DNA from: Schizochytrium sp. TIO01
Lineage: Eukaryota; Protista; Bigyra: Labyrinthulomycetes
DNA: 64,000 bases
NCBI GenBank assembly: GCA_004764695.1
Contig: SMSO01000034.1
Span: 4,092,001 to 4,156,000 of the forward strand
Reading direction: 5' to 3'
The notes beneath the pieces are model-generated. The model made no database searches and had not been told where the DNA came from. It saw only the letters and a list, made by a program, of their open reading frames with translations. Of this stretch, positions 33,994-45,113 are shown piece after piece. A program made the translations under genes and the position numbers. The first letter of the stretch is position 1, and each line of letters opens with the position of its first letter.

Positions 33994-34709
33994 GCGTAGA
34001 ACTTTTGAAAGTATTGTTGATACCAGAGGTAAAATATGGTCGTTGATGGGCCCAAGCTTTTTTTGCAAAAAGGTTCAATATTCTGTTTTTGTGATTGTCT
34101 TTCTTTCCTTTTTTGCAAAATTAAGCCTCGTCTATGTTTCGACTCCTTATTAGTTCATCCATGGATATACTACCTTATTCTATAAGGAATGGGCCTGCTT
34201 CCACTCTGTGACTGATTGATTAACATGCATAATGTAGCTTGTTTGTTGCTTGGCTTATCAGCGTTAAGAGAAGGAATAGTGTCCCCATATCTGACACTTA
34301 CTACAAATGAATATTATTCAACTATAAACTTGAAGTAGTTTACATTCTCACAGCCAAGTAAAGATCAAAAAAATGTACTACATCTATGCAGACCGACCTG
34401 CTGGTTCATGAATAATAAGTTGAAATAGATTCTTCTGAACATGTTTTCATTAATGAAATATAGAGTATATACGAGTGTTAAAAAAACATATGGCTCCACC
34501 CTGAGTTATCTCACCTAGGCGGAAAGACATAAAAGAAAATAGCGTCATGATTATATTAAAAAAATAAAAAGGTTTTCTGACAAGAGCGAGACGAGCAGGC
34601 AAAATCGCTGCAAGGGTCTATGCTCTATCAAACCTGCTGCATACAAGAGGGGTAGATTAGGTGGGTGGGTGGTGGTTTAGAAAGTCGTCCCCGAGCGACA
34701 TCTCATGTT

Positions 34710-35525
34710 CTACTTATATTCGTTGACGATGTCATTCCAGGGCATAAAAAGAGTCTTGCCGAGTCTGTCCAGCTTCCAATTGTTTTGTAGGATCTCCTTG
34801 TCCTCTGTTGTACCGCGTCCGTCACGAATGAATTGCAGAACGTGGTCATTATCCATCTCCTCGCGAAGTTCCTCGCGCAGAGATTCAAGGTCGGGAGCAG
34901 CAAAGATCATGCGGGTACCGTCTGGCAGGACTTGATCGTAGTGAGCATCGAGAGTCTCACGCACGTTGCCAAGAGGTTTGGCCTTCAAGGCGTCACGGTA
35001 GCGAATCATCTTTGCGCTGCAACAGATATACCGTGCAAGGCGATCAAGGTCATTGTAAACCTCACGATGGTGGTCTGCTTCAAGCACGACGTTCTGTGCA
35101 CGGAGTGAGAATACAAGGAACAACTCGACCCAGGAGCGCGGATTACGGCGTAGGGACTTGGTCTCGCTGTCAAAGACATCTTGCATGGCGTCGTCGTTCT
35201 CGCTCTGGTATTTGAGCTCCTCGTCAGAGGGCTCGAAGCCGTGGCGATGACAGTATGCCAAATAAAGGTCAACATGCGATGCGAATTCAAAGACCTCTCC
35301 GAGTGGAAAGTTGTTGCGAACCTCGGGATTAATATTTTTGGTCGAGGGCTTCACAGGTGTGCCATCCGGTTGTGCCTTAATCACCGGCTGGACTGCTCTT
35401 CGGCGGTCCCCATTGAGGTATCCACTGCCATTACTGTCACTGGTGGGTCTTCGCACAAGCCCATTAGTACCAACTGGAGATGCTGTCGCAGGCAAGGCCC
35501 GCTCTGCCGTAATACACTGACCCAT
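34710..35525 (-). CDS. Hypothetical protein, 271 aa, N-terminal MGQC acylation motif
   Basis: Clean ORF with GC3-biased codons in the C-terminal two-thirds. G2/C4 fit myristoylation plus palmitoylation. Confidence 0.8.
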   Translation of the reverse strand: MGQCITAERALPATASPVGTNGLVRRPTSDSNGSGYLNGDRRRAVQPVIKAQPDGTPVKPSTKNINPEVRNNFPLGEVFEFASHVDLYLAYCHRHGFEPSDEELKYQSENDDAMQDVFDSETKSLRRNPRSWVELFLVFSLRAQNVVLEADHHREVYNDLDRLARYICCSAKMIRYRDALKAKPLGNVRETLDAHYDQVLPDGTRMIFAAPDLESLREELREEMDNDHVLQFIRDGRGTTEDKEILQNNWKLDRLGKTLFMPWNDIVNEYK

Positions 35526-38000
35526 TGATGGTTTTGATTTTGGTCTGCAATGTAGTCCCTATTTGATTTATGTTCTATGTAGCCAAGGGATGGATGCTTA
35601 GTCGAACCAACTACGCCTGTTAGTTCAAGCTGGAGATCGAACGAATGAAAGATGCCCACTGTCGCTCCCAACCGGGTTGAGCGAAGCCTACTTGCTTCAA
35701 GGCTAACCCCGTGAGTTGAACGGTTGTTTCCGTGCTTTGGCTTTGGTTTTGCAGCGTCCTTCGCGGCTGGACGTTCCCAGTCAACTGCTCAATCGAATGA
35801 CCAGAATTAAAAGCACGGGCAAAGGAGTTCTAAAATCAGTCTTGCTAGTTTCAATTTATCATGAAAAGCAAGAGCAAAGAATTTGCAGACTGCTTCCTAA
35901 GAAAGCAGGGTGCGCTCGAGCCCTCCAGTAGAGCACTATAGTTAAGGCTACTCACAGCCCTAAAGGAGGGAGATGAAAGATCTAAACTGATGATGAGGAA
36001 GACCACCTAAAAGAAGAAGGAAGAAACTTGTAAGCGGTAAGTATGAGCATCAATCGATGGAAACTCAGGTTTGTTTATTTGTTGATCATTGTTCTGTTTG
36101 GAAGCTCTTCCTTCTTCTCCAAAGAAAGGATGCGATTGATTCTTTGATACTTTTTTTTACTCCTCTTTCAGCGTTGAAAAGCTACTCTCTTCTTCTATCC
36201 ACTTAACAAAAAATTAAAATGTGTAGAATGCATAAATAACTTTCATTCTTTATTTTTAAAAATGAAAGAAGGAACAGTCCCTCCACCACAGACCGCTCCC
36301 CCTCTCACAAACCCCTGCAGACAGACCACAGCACATTGTCCCCTAACGTAAAAATTTATCGAGATGAACGGCAGCCATGCCACCTCACATACCCACTGCC
36401 ACCTGACCTGTCAGTGGGGAACAGAGGCCCGTCCGGGCAAGACTGGGTTCTCCGACTGCGCGGGTTTGCCGAGAGAGGGGAAACGAAGGAGAGGAGAGCA
36501 AGCAAAGCTCTCTCTCTCTCTCTCTGCGTCTATCTATGGCAGTGCGAGTGAGTTGAGTGCTACGTCTCAGTTTGCCACTCATTCTCGAGTTCGAGGCCGT
36601 TCCAATGGCCTCTTCGAAGAGGCCCTTGAGAGGTTGAAAGGCACAGCAGGTCTCTTTCCGATGTGCAGGCCTTCGTGTTATTAGAGAACGGGGCGAAACC
36701 AGCTCGGCTCGAGTCATTAATCGCAGTTTCCAATCATTGGGTAGGTATGAATAATCTATCTCATCAATCTCACTCACGATTCGATTCTATTTTCTTTCAA
36801 GTTCTAGCTTTGATTTTTGATTGACTAAAACCTATTAATCGGAACAAGTTAAAAGTTGAAAGTTGAAAGGTAAAGTGTTTGATATATGCATATCATATGT
36901 TGATGTAAACTTAGTTCCTTTCAGTTATGGATTGGAGTGTTCTTATTTGGCAGTCTGAGGAGTGAGCGAGTGAACGGATGAAGAGACCCATCCGATCGAC
37001 GATTCAGGCTGTAAACTATGCTCTCTGCTGCTCGCGGCTGCTCGCGACCTCCGCTTGGGGCGGCTTGGAGCGGCCTTCTGTTCCGGCCATTGTGAAAGGA
37101 GGGCTTTGGCATGGAGTTTGGATACGCTTATTTGCAGAAAAGAACGGCACTGAGGAAAGAGAGAGATAGAAAGTGCTTCTTTCATTCCCATTTCCATTTG
37201 TCTCCTTTGATTTTTACTCAGCGCTAGGCAGGGAGTGATAGGTCTCTGGCTACGGGTTACTCTAGCGTGGTGGGTACCAGAAGAACTTTTCAACCATGAA
37301 TTAATGAATGAATGAATTGACAAACACCCAAACAAACAGCAGCTGCTTTACATTTGTCTGCGAAAGATCTGCTGCTGCTAAACCAAGTTCCGCTTGGCCT
37401 TCCGGTGCTCACAGGACGAAAGGGAGGACATTGCCCTTGGCGGATCGATTGAGCCAACTAATCCTCCATTTCGTGCAATGAGTGTCTGTTTGATTGTTTG
37501 TTCGACTGTTTGTTTGACTGTTTGATTGTCGAATTCACTCATCATCAGTTCAGATTCAGAGAGGGATTCGAAGCTGAAAGAGAGAGAGAGAAAAACAAAA
37601 AAACGAGGAAGGAAGGATCGAGACCGTCCACGGTAGCTGCGGCTAGCCCAAACAGTACGGTCGGCGGGTGGATCTTGCACGGGATAAAGGCCATTCGATG
37701 GAAAACAGGAACGAAGCGGAAAAAACAAAAACACTCCAACATAGAGCGAGCGACCTTACGAAAGAATCGAAGACCTCGCTCAAATCTTCAAATAGACTCG
37801 CTCCGCTCTGGTCTGCTATCCTCTGCTATCCTCTGCTCTGCTCTGATATGTGCCAATCGCTGCCTCCACGGCTGCTTTGCCCACGCTCCGACAGAGGATC
37901 AAGGCTCGGTCGAAGAAGATGCTACAAAGTGTCGAAGCGAGACGATAGCAGCAGCGGACATGACATGGTAATAATGTTAGTACCACGCTCTGTGTAGTAG

Positions 38001-38052
38001 AGAACAAGAACAAGAACAAGAATAAGAACAAGAACAAGAACAAGAACAAGAA
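38001..38052. repeat. (AGAACA)n microsatellite
   Basis: About 8 copies read directly. Confidence 0.9.
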
Positions 38053-38930
38053 GAAGGGATGATGCTGCTATGAGGTGTGTTTGACACTTTGCTTTTCGAC
38101 AGTTCTCACGGCTTTTGAGCAAAGCATAACGATGGCGATTCTTCGAGGCGTGAGGCGGACATCAAACAGCACAGCGAGGCCAAGATTGTGTGCTCTGGCT
38201 GTTGCCATGCTGCAAAAGCAGGTGTGGTTTGTTTACAAGGCTTAGGGGTACATGCGTATATATGTATGTATGTATGTATGCATGCATTGCAAACAAACTC
38301 TGTAGTTCAGAAAGGATTGGCACATACATGGCAGTTTAGGTTAGGACTTCCTCGTGAAGAGAGATAAAGTAAAAGTACCGTACCGCTTATGTAATCGGGA
38401 GCCTGGCCACGGGCAAGGCACAAGCCACTTACAAACCAATCTATCAACCAATCTATCAATCCATATATCAAAAGCACCACCGTGACAGGAACGCATAGTA
38501 TGAGGACGCCTCCTCCTGGAATTGAACTCTGTTTGCTACGGAGCGCAGCGTCCGTCTTAGATCATCATCGTCCAGGTTGCCAACTAGTTGAAGTGACTCA
38601 CTTAATCATAATTAATTATAAGTTGTTCTCAACTTAAACAAAACCAAAACTGAATTTCATTAAAATTTACTAATAACAAAAAACAGGAAGTACAGAAAGT
38701 ATAGGAAGGTAGGGACAGCCAAAGCAAACAAACAAACAGCCAACTAAACCAAACAACCAAACCAAACCTCGCCAAGATGAACGAGGCGGAACCCGAGTCG
38801 GGTCTCGAAGGAGGAAACTGCTGTTCCAAACTGCGCTGCGTTCGCTGGCGCTGATACCAAGCAAGTGCTAATGAATCCTCGAGGCTACGGCCTGATCGAC
38901 GATGCCTCCTTCCCAGGCTCAGGTGCAGAC

Positions 38931-38941
38931 TGATTGATTGA

Positions 38942-38979
<38 letters not shown>
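38931..38979. repeat. (GATT)n microsatellite
   Basis: Read directly from the sequence. Confidence 0.9.
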
Positions 38980-39150
38980 AGAGAGATAGATGGCTCAGGT
39001 GTGCCGGTTCTACAGAGGTAGAGAACGACAGCGAGCTCGCTAGATTTGTTTGATAGTGCGGTCTCATGGGCTGTCAATTCACCGCGGGATCATGGTATCG
39101 TGGCTGTGCAGCGTAGGACGAAGTGGCTTAACAAGTGGATGAAATCAAAT

Positions 39151-39195
39151 GGAATGGAATGGAATGGAATGGAATGGAATGGAATGGAATGGAAT
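39151..39195. repeat. (GGAAT)9 pentamer repeat
   Basis: Read directly from the sequence. Confidence 0.95.
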
Positions 39196-40901
39196 GATTG
39201 TTTCTGGCAGAGGATCGAGACTTGAAAGGTCCAAGACATCGTAAAATCTGCCGACCATCATGGGCTAGCTCGCTCAGGCAAGCTCGATGCTGTCTATGGA
39301 GAGCACAGACTGTAATGTTGAACCATCAGCGATCGATCTTCATCGCAATGAATGGGCCGCGCAGCAAATGCGAGCAAGTGTTCAAGGTGCTGACCCGACC
39401 GCTCCATGGCAGCAGCAATGGAGGCAGGCAGCGGTCGATCTGATCTTGAGTGTTTCCAAGAGGGCAATAAGCTCACAGAAAGAACCCGAGTAGTGATTGA
39501 TTCATTGATTGTACTAGCTGGCGACTCGCGACGTCTCATCTGTGCCGGGTGTGGAAAACCCTCGATTTACTATTGAATCACATCACACTGGCTGGGCACG
39601 CTTCTCTTAACCCAGCGTTTCCCGAGAGAGGCTGCGAAAGAAAACCTCAGCTCATCGCCACCTCGAACGGGTTGAGGCTTGGGTGCACCTGGCACAGCTC
39701 TGTTTGAAGAAGTGTTGCAAATGCAATGAACAAATGCAATGTACAGAGTACCTCTTCTATGATGAGGATGATGAGCCCTCGAAAGAATGGGCAGGAACCC
39801 GACGGAATTCTCACCGAATTGGCTACTGATGGTCCTACCATACTGCCTAGCTGCCGAGAGTTGCAAACAAATTCACTACGAACGATCAGTTGATCGATTG
39901 ATTGATTCATTGATTCATTTCATTCATTAATTCATTCATTGATATTTCTAAAATGAATTCTAAGCCGCAGGTGTTCCTTACCTATGAAGCGTGCACGTGC
40001 ACGCGCAAGGACACGGGGAACTCAACCCCTAGCTCCAAATTTTGGAGTTCAACGCGAGTCCAACTTAGACAAGTCAGCGGTAGCACAGGCACCCGCTCGA
40101 AGAGCAAGGAACTCCAAGTTGAACTTCTGGTCGGTACTCCTAATTGCTTGAGCCTTGCTTGGCCAGCTGCACGTGCTGGCGATGGTGGTTTTAAGCGACT
40201 GCCAAGACCGCGGTTTTGAGCGACTCCACGATAAATTCAAGCATCTGCTCGCTGCAAACTCGAGAAGCAAGCACGTACAAGACAATGAAGGCCTCCCTAA
40301 ACATATGTAGGCGAGGCCAATTTCGATGTGCTTGCTTGCAGAGGTTTTGGCAGCCGTGGATGACGGGGCTCGTCATCGATCGTTTTCTTGGTGGGTACAT
40401 ACGTATATGTAGTGCTGATCGCCCAAAACTGCCGCGCTCGCTGATGGTGTGCTCGAGAAATCTTGCTGCTATCGAGCTGGCCGCGTTCGAAGGATTCGAA
40501 GGAGGGAACTTGAGGCCTCTGCCCGCCTCTTCCAGACAAGCTCCTGGAGCTCGTAATCTTACGAATTGGTTCCGGAGGCGAGGGTTTACCTTCCGGTCTA
40601 CGTGGGCGCCTCCTTCAACATGAGAGACAATACTGACGATGCAGGAGGTGGCATGCATTCTACGAGCACAACCGTTGTGCTCTTCGCATTAATGCCGCGG
40701 ATCTTCATGGGCTCAACGACCTTATGATAAGTGTATTGGATTTGGACTCTTATCAAACGCAACAACCCCAAACGAAAAACAATGCCACTCTGTCAGGTAT
40801 ACATCAATAATAAACATGGAGAAGAACCGGAAACAAAGGAATATTCTTTTGAAACCTAAAATATTAATTAAAAAATAAAATAAGAGGTTTTTTACACTTT
40901 T

Positions 40902-41141
40902 CAAATACTAAGTACACGAGTGGGCCCATCGCAGTAATTGTTTTGGCTTGAGTTTTCTACCCAAGTTTAAAGATTTTATCTCAGTGCCTTTGTCTAGTGA
41001 GAGTGGGCCTATCATCATATGTTATCATTTTCACTCTCACTAGTCAAAGGTACTGAGTTTTTTTTAATTAAATTAACTTGGGTGAAAAAAACTCATGTTA
41101 AAACAATCACTCAATGATCATTTTTTGTATTTATGTAATTT
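40902..41141. mobile_element. Foldback/MITE-like long imperfect inverted repeat
   Basis: Inner arms 40980-41005 and 41032-41057 are 24/26 reverse-complementary. Outer arms 40933-40967 and 41075-41111 also pair, with a degenerate extension beyond. Confidence 0.6.
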
Positions 41142-41606
41142 GGTAGACACAGCTTGGTTAGTAAATTATAGGAATTGAAACTCCAAAAATGTAGTCATAA
41201 TTTTTCGAGGCTTTGTGCGTTCATGCCTAAAGAAACGAGTCAAAGTAAGACTTTTGTACATTGCCTTGGCATATTTGTCACTAATTAGATTTTCAATAAT
41301 TGCAAATAGCAACCCCAAAGTCGACTTTTGTCTGGGTACACTTCGGACCTCTTTGCCTTTTGGGCCCATCTTGATAATCTTCGCCTTCTTCAAAGACCTC
41401 GCGTTGAATTTTGCTTCTCCTCAACTCCAGCCCATGTCTTCAAGGACACTTGAATTTAGAACTCCATATTATTATTTTTATGGCAGAGTATAAGAGTCAA
41501 TTGTGCTATCACATAAAAGTAGAACTTTTGTATAAACGTTGTTGATGCTGGGAATAATTGAATACAAACCTCCGTTGTTTCAAAGATATTTACAAACTAA
41601 TTCTAA

Positions 41607-41930
41607 GATTTCGAAATTGCATTTGTCAGTAACTTTTACAAAGTCCTTGGCAATCATTTTGATCATTTAGAGTGCCATGTTCGATATTTAACGATGACAA
41701 TGAAAGAAGAAGCATGGTGGAGAAAAGTCTTTATAATATTGATGTATGTCTTCATCGCTCATATCTATAATATGTGGGATGAATTCGTTAAATTGAACAA
41801 ATGCACAATTCATGACATTTCAAAGCGTTACGAGTTTAAGATTTGCATGATTGAAGTTGCGTTAAACTGCTTACTATCTTGGCACCACAGCTGTCGAGTT
41901 CAAGTTCACAAAAAAACACTTGATCATTAA
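41607..41930 (+). pseudogene. Decayed piggyBac-like transposase fragment
   Basis: Frame reads FVSNFYKVLGNHFDHLECHVRYLTMTMKEEAWWRKVFIILMYVFIAHIYNMW...YEFKI. It has the spacing of the piggyBac motif YNxxxGGVDxxD-x14-W (Y to D = 8, D to W = 18). Stops lie upstream, in an AT-rich context. Confidence 0.5.
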
Positions 41931-43246
41931 ATAGTGACTACTGTCAACGACTTGAATCATTGAATTAGCCACACTTCAACATCTTCACTGTTGTTCACTT
42001 ACGAGGGTAGAGGGAAAAGCAGAGGATGAAGACGGAGGTCGTCAGATGGTAAGTACCCTGGCTGACTATCTCTAGCAGCGATGGCGAGAGTCTCACTGGT
42101 ATGAGATCTGCGTCGTGCGTGAAGTGGTAGGGCAAACTACAGTAACCCTCAATTTGGTATTCTGATGTTTATTTCATTTTTAATCTTGAAGGCCAAGGCA
42201 ACCAAAGTTGAGGGCAGTCCTTCTACTTTTGTAGGAAATCATAAAAAGAAGAGTGCCTATTGAATGACGCAGGACCGTAGATTTATCCTGCTTAGCTCAT
42301 GGGACTACCATCGAGTCTCTGCTCAGTTCTGGTATCCTGTGAATTCCGTAGAAGAAAGCATGAATGCCTCTGAGAATCTCAAAAATGAATTTCTAGCACA
42401 TCTCTCTCGTAAGAGGGACTCCTTGATTTGCAAACTTCTGCTAGCATTTGCTAGCCAGGATCAGATTTCATTCTGGCTAAGACCAACGGAGTCATTCTAA
42501 TGAAACAGCTGTGGAACAGCTTTCTCAAACGCATTAGAAGTAGGTACCTACCTACCTACCAACTTACGTAACTTTTACAACCTGTTTAGGCACGTGAACA
42601 TCCTGGGAATAAACGCAGCCACCGGATGCCCATACTTGAGTTTTCAGTATTCGCCAAGTGCTGACCTCCACTAACTACCTAGAAGAGTTAGCTACTTAGA
42701 GTCATTTATCTTGATCTTCAAGTCGATAACTCAAGCTACTCAGGCGACTCTAGCAAAGAGGAAAATAGCGAAAGGCAAATAGCAATACAATGAACAGAAT
42801 CAAGAAACTGCAATAATTTGATCAAAATTTGGCCCAACAGCTTTATCTTGTAATGGCCTTCCCCATGTCCACGAATGCTTGGGCCCCGAATCACAAATAT
42901 TGCTCCTAATCCCGTCAATCCCTCGCAGAGTTTAGCACAAATGTAATAACACAAATCGCCTCAATGCTTATAATAACGAACACAGGATGAGATTACTATT
43001 TATACATGGTTGTCAAAGCATGCCTTAGTATGTACATGTATTAGAAGCACCGTTGGGCCCAGTGTGATGACTTGGGTACAGTAATTGATCAAGAATGTGT
43101 GCACACGTGCTCTTAGTGATGACTATTTTTTTTGACACGATGAAGGTGCTGAGCACGCACGAGCTGCGCGCTTTAGATTGTGATAGGAAACTTGCGATGG
43201 ACAAACAAACTTGCTGATTGTGGCGAGGTGAATATTGTAAAAGGGG

Positions 43247-44666
43247 ATGACGGAGGTTCAGGAAAGCGTGGGAGCACCAGGCGTGGTAGTCTCCGCCTGT
43301 GCGCCGCCTGCAAAGCATGTGGATCTCTCTTCTGAAGATTACAAGCATACTGTTGTAGACCGAGACGGCAAGGCGTTCTGTCCGGTATGCTCATGCTTTA
43401 GGTAAGTTCTTTCATCACAGGGCACAACCCAGTGTTAATGATAATCAAGAATCCAAGAGCTACCTCAGTATCAGGTGGAGAAAGAAACTTCTGGAGAGCT
43501 AACCATGACTCGTTTCGTTATCATAAATAGTGTTGGAGACAACTTTGCATATGGTAGACCGTGGGGAAATTACGACCTCAAGTGTTTTGGGCTTACTCTC
43601 GTGAAGGGCGACCCTGCTTATTGCGCTCAAGGAAACCATGACGACTTCTCTCACACGGCAACTCTAGCCCATGCCTTTGATTTTGCAATTCCTCGTGGAG
43701 CTCCAGTTGTTGCGGCAAGAGAGGGTGTGGTTGTCGATGTCGCGTCTCATTTTCGTAAAGGTGGATTGGATCCTAAATTCAAGCTGAGAGCAAACTATGT
43801 CATCATTCGCCATGAAGATGGCACATATGGGCGCTACTTTCCACGTGAAGCATGAGAGTGTGCTTGTTAAAAAGGGTCAGGTAGTGAAACAAGGAACTCT
43901 CCTCGCCAGGTGCGGTGGTACCGGTTATGTAGGCGGTCCGCACCTCCATTTTGATGTGACAGACTTGTATATCAAAGAGACTTCCGTGCTTCGAGTCACC
44001 CAGGGTGTTGAATTTTTTGCCCCGTTGAAGAAGCTGCTGCAAAATACGACAACTATTCGAGAAGTACAGGGCGGCAACGACAATAAAAAGGTTCTTTTGA
44101 TTGAATCGGGTTTTGCAAATTTTTCAGAGCATGTATCTCACAACGAACTAATCTCCAGTACCTGCGTCCTAGCAAACCCTTCTACTATTCCCGAACACGA
44201 AAACCTTCTTAACGCAGAGGATATTGCTGGGAATATTGCATGCTGTCATCGAGGCGGCAACTCGACATTTCTCAGCAAGGCAAAAGTTCTCCAAGCAGCA
44301 GGAGCAGCTGCAGTTGTTATTATAGATTCTGACGAAACGATGCACGGGGTGTTGCCTCTTATTGGATCAGATGATCCTGAACATACACCTTGCCAGATCC
44401 CGGTCGTGATTATTTCTTCGGAGGCAGGCAAGGTCCTCGAAGCAGCTTTGGCAAATGCAGGGCATGCATTAAACCTTGAATTAACACGAAGCCCATTCCT
44501 TCGAGCTTCTTCAGAACGTGCTACCCAAGCTGACGTAGTTGAACCTGGTATGTCGTTTGTAAAACCCTTGTCCCAGCCAGTGCTTTTTGTGCCAAACAAG
44601 ATGCCTTGGAGAACAAACACAACAACCTCCACAATAGAGAGAGTTAATCAAGATCATTTACCATAA
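43247..44666 (+). CDS. M23 metallopeptidase fused to a PA domain; putative exon 1 43247-43384, intron 43385-43474, +1 frameshift at 43838-43841
   Basis: QGNHDDFSH..HAFDFAIPRGAPVVAAREGVV...ANYVIIRHEDGTYGRYF continues in the +1 frame as HVKHESVLVKKGQVVKQG..GGTGYVGGPHLHFDV. The PA domain reads RGGNSTFLSKAKVLQAAGAAAVVII..IPVVIIS. A GTATGC...TATCAG intron joins an upstream ATG in phase 0. Confidence 0.8.
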
Positions 44667-45113
44667 TTTGCAAACCAAATATTGGTTGACCTGGATTGTC
44701 TCAATTGGGCAAAATGAAAGAGCAATATCAGAGCCGATAAACCACACATTTCAATACATATCTTATTTGTTGCGAAACTTGTTGTTTATTGTTTTAATTT
44801 TTTAATTCTATTTATTTTTATAAACTTAATTTTTCTGCAAATACTCTACTGATTCAGTTGTACCTAGGCACGTTTGAGAACGAAACTTTGAGAAAGTGAA
44901 TTGTTTAAATTCTTGTTTTCGGTGGGTTTAAAGATAGAAAAAATCAGAATGGGATAAAATCTTATGTTAGATTGATATAAAGGATTTCGATTCGATGAAG
45001 ACACCATTTATACGTCTCTCCAATTCTGCAACAGAACAATAGCATGGCTAACGAGTAGTAATCTAGAAAACAAGCACATTTCACAATAGAGCTCAAGGAT
45101 TGGTAAAACCAGA

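Noticed and set aside
38336-38345. TTAGGTTAGG as an interstitial telomere repeat or telomerase RNA template
   Set aside because: A single 10-mer is plausible by chance in 64 kb, and I could not identify a supporting pseudoknot or promoter.
39984-40660. Possible decayed gene (stop-interrupted frame MKRAR...FWSVLLIA*ALLGQ...)
   Set aside because: No recognisable homology and multiple stops.
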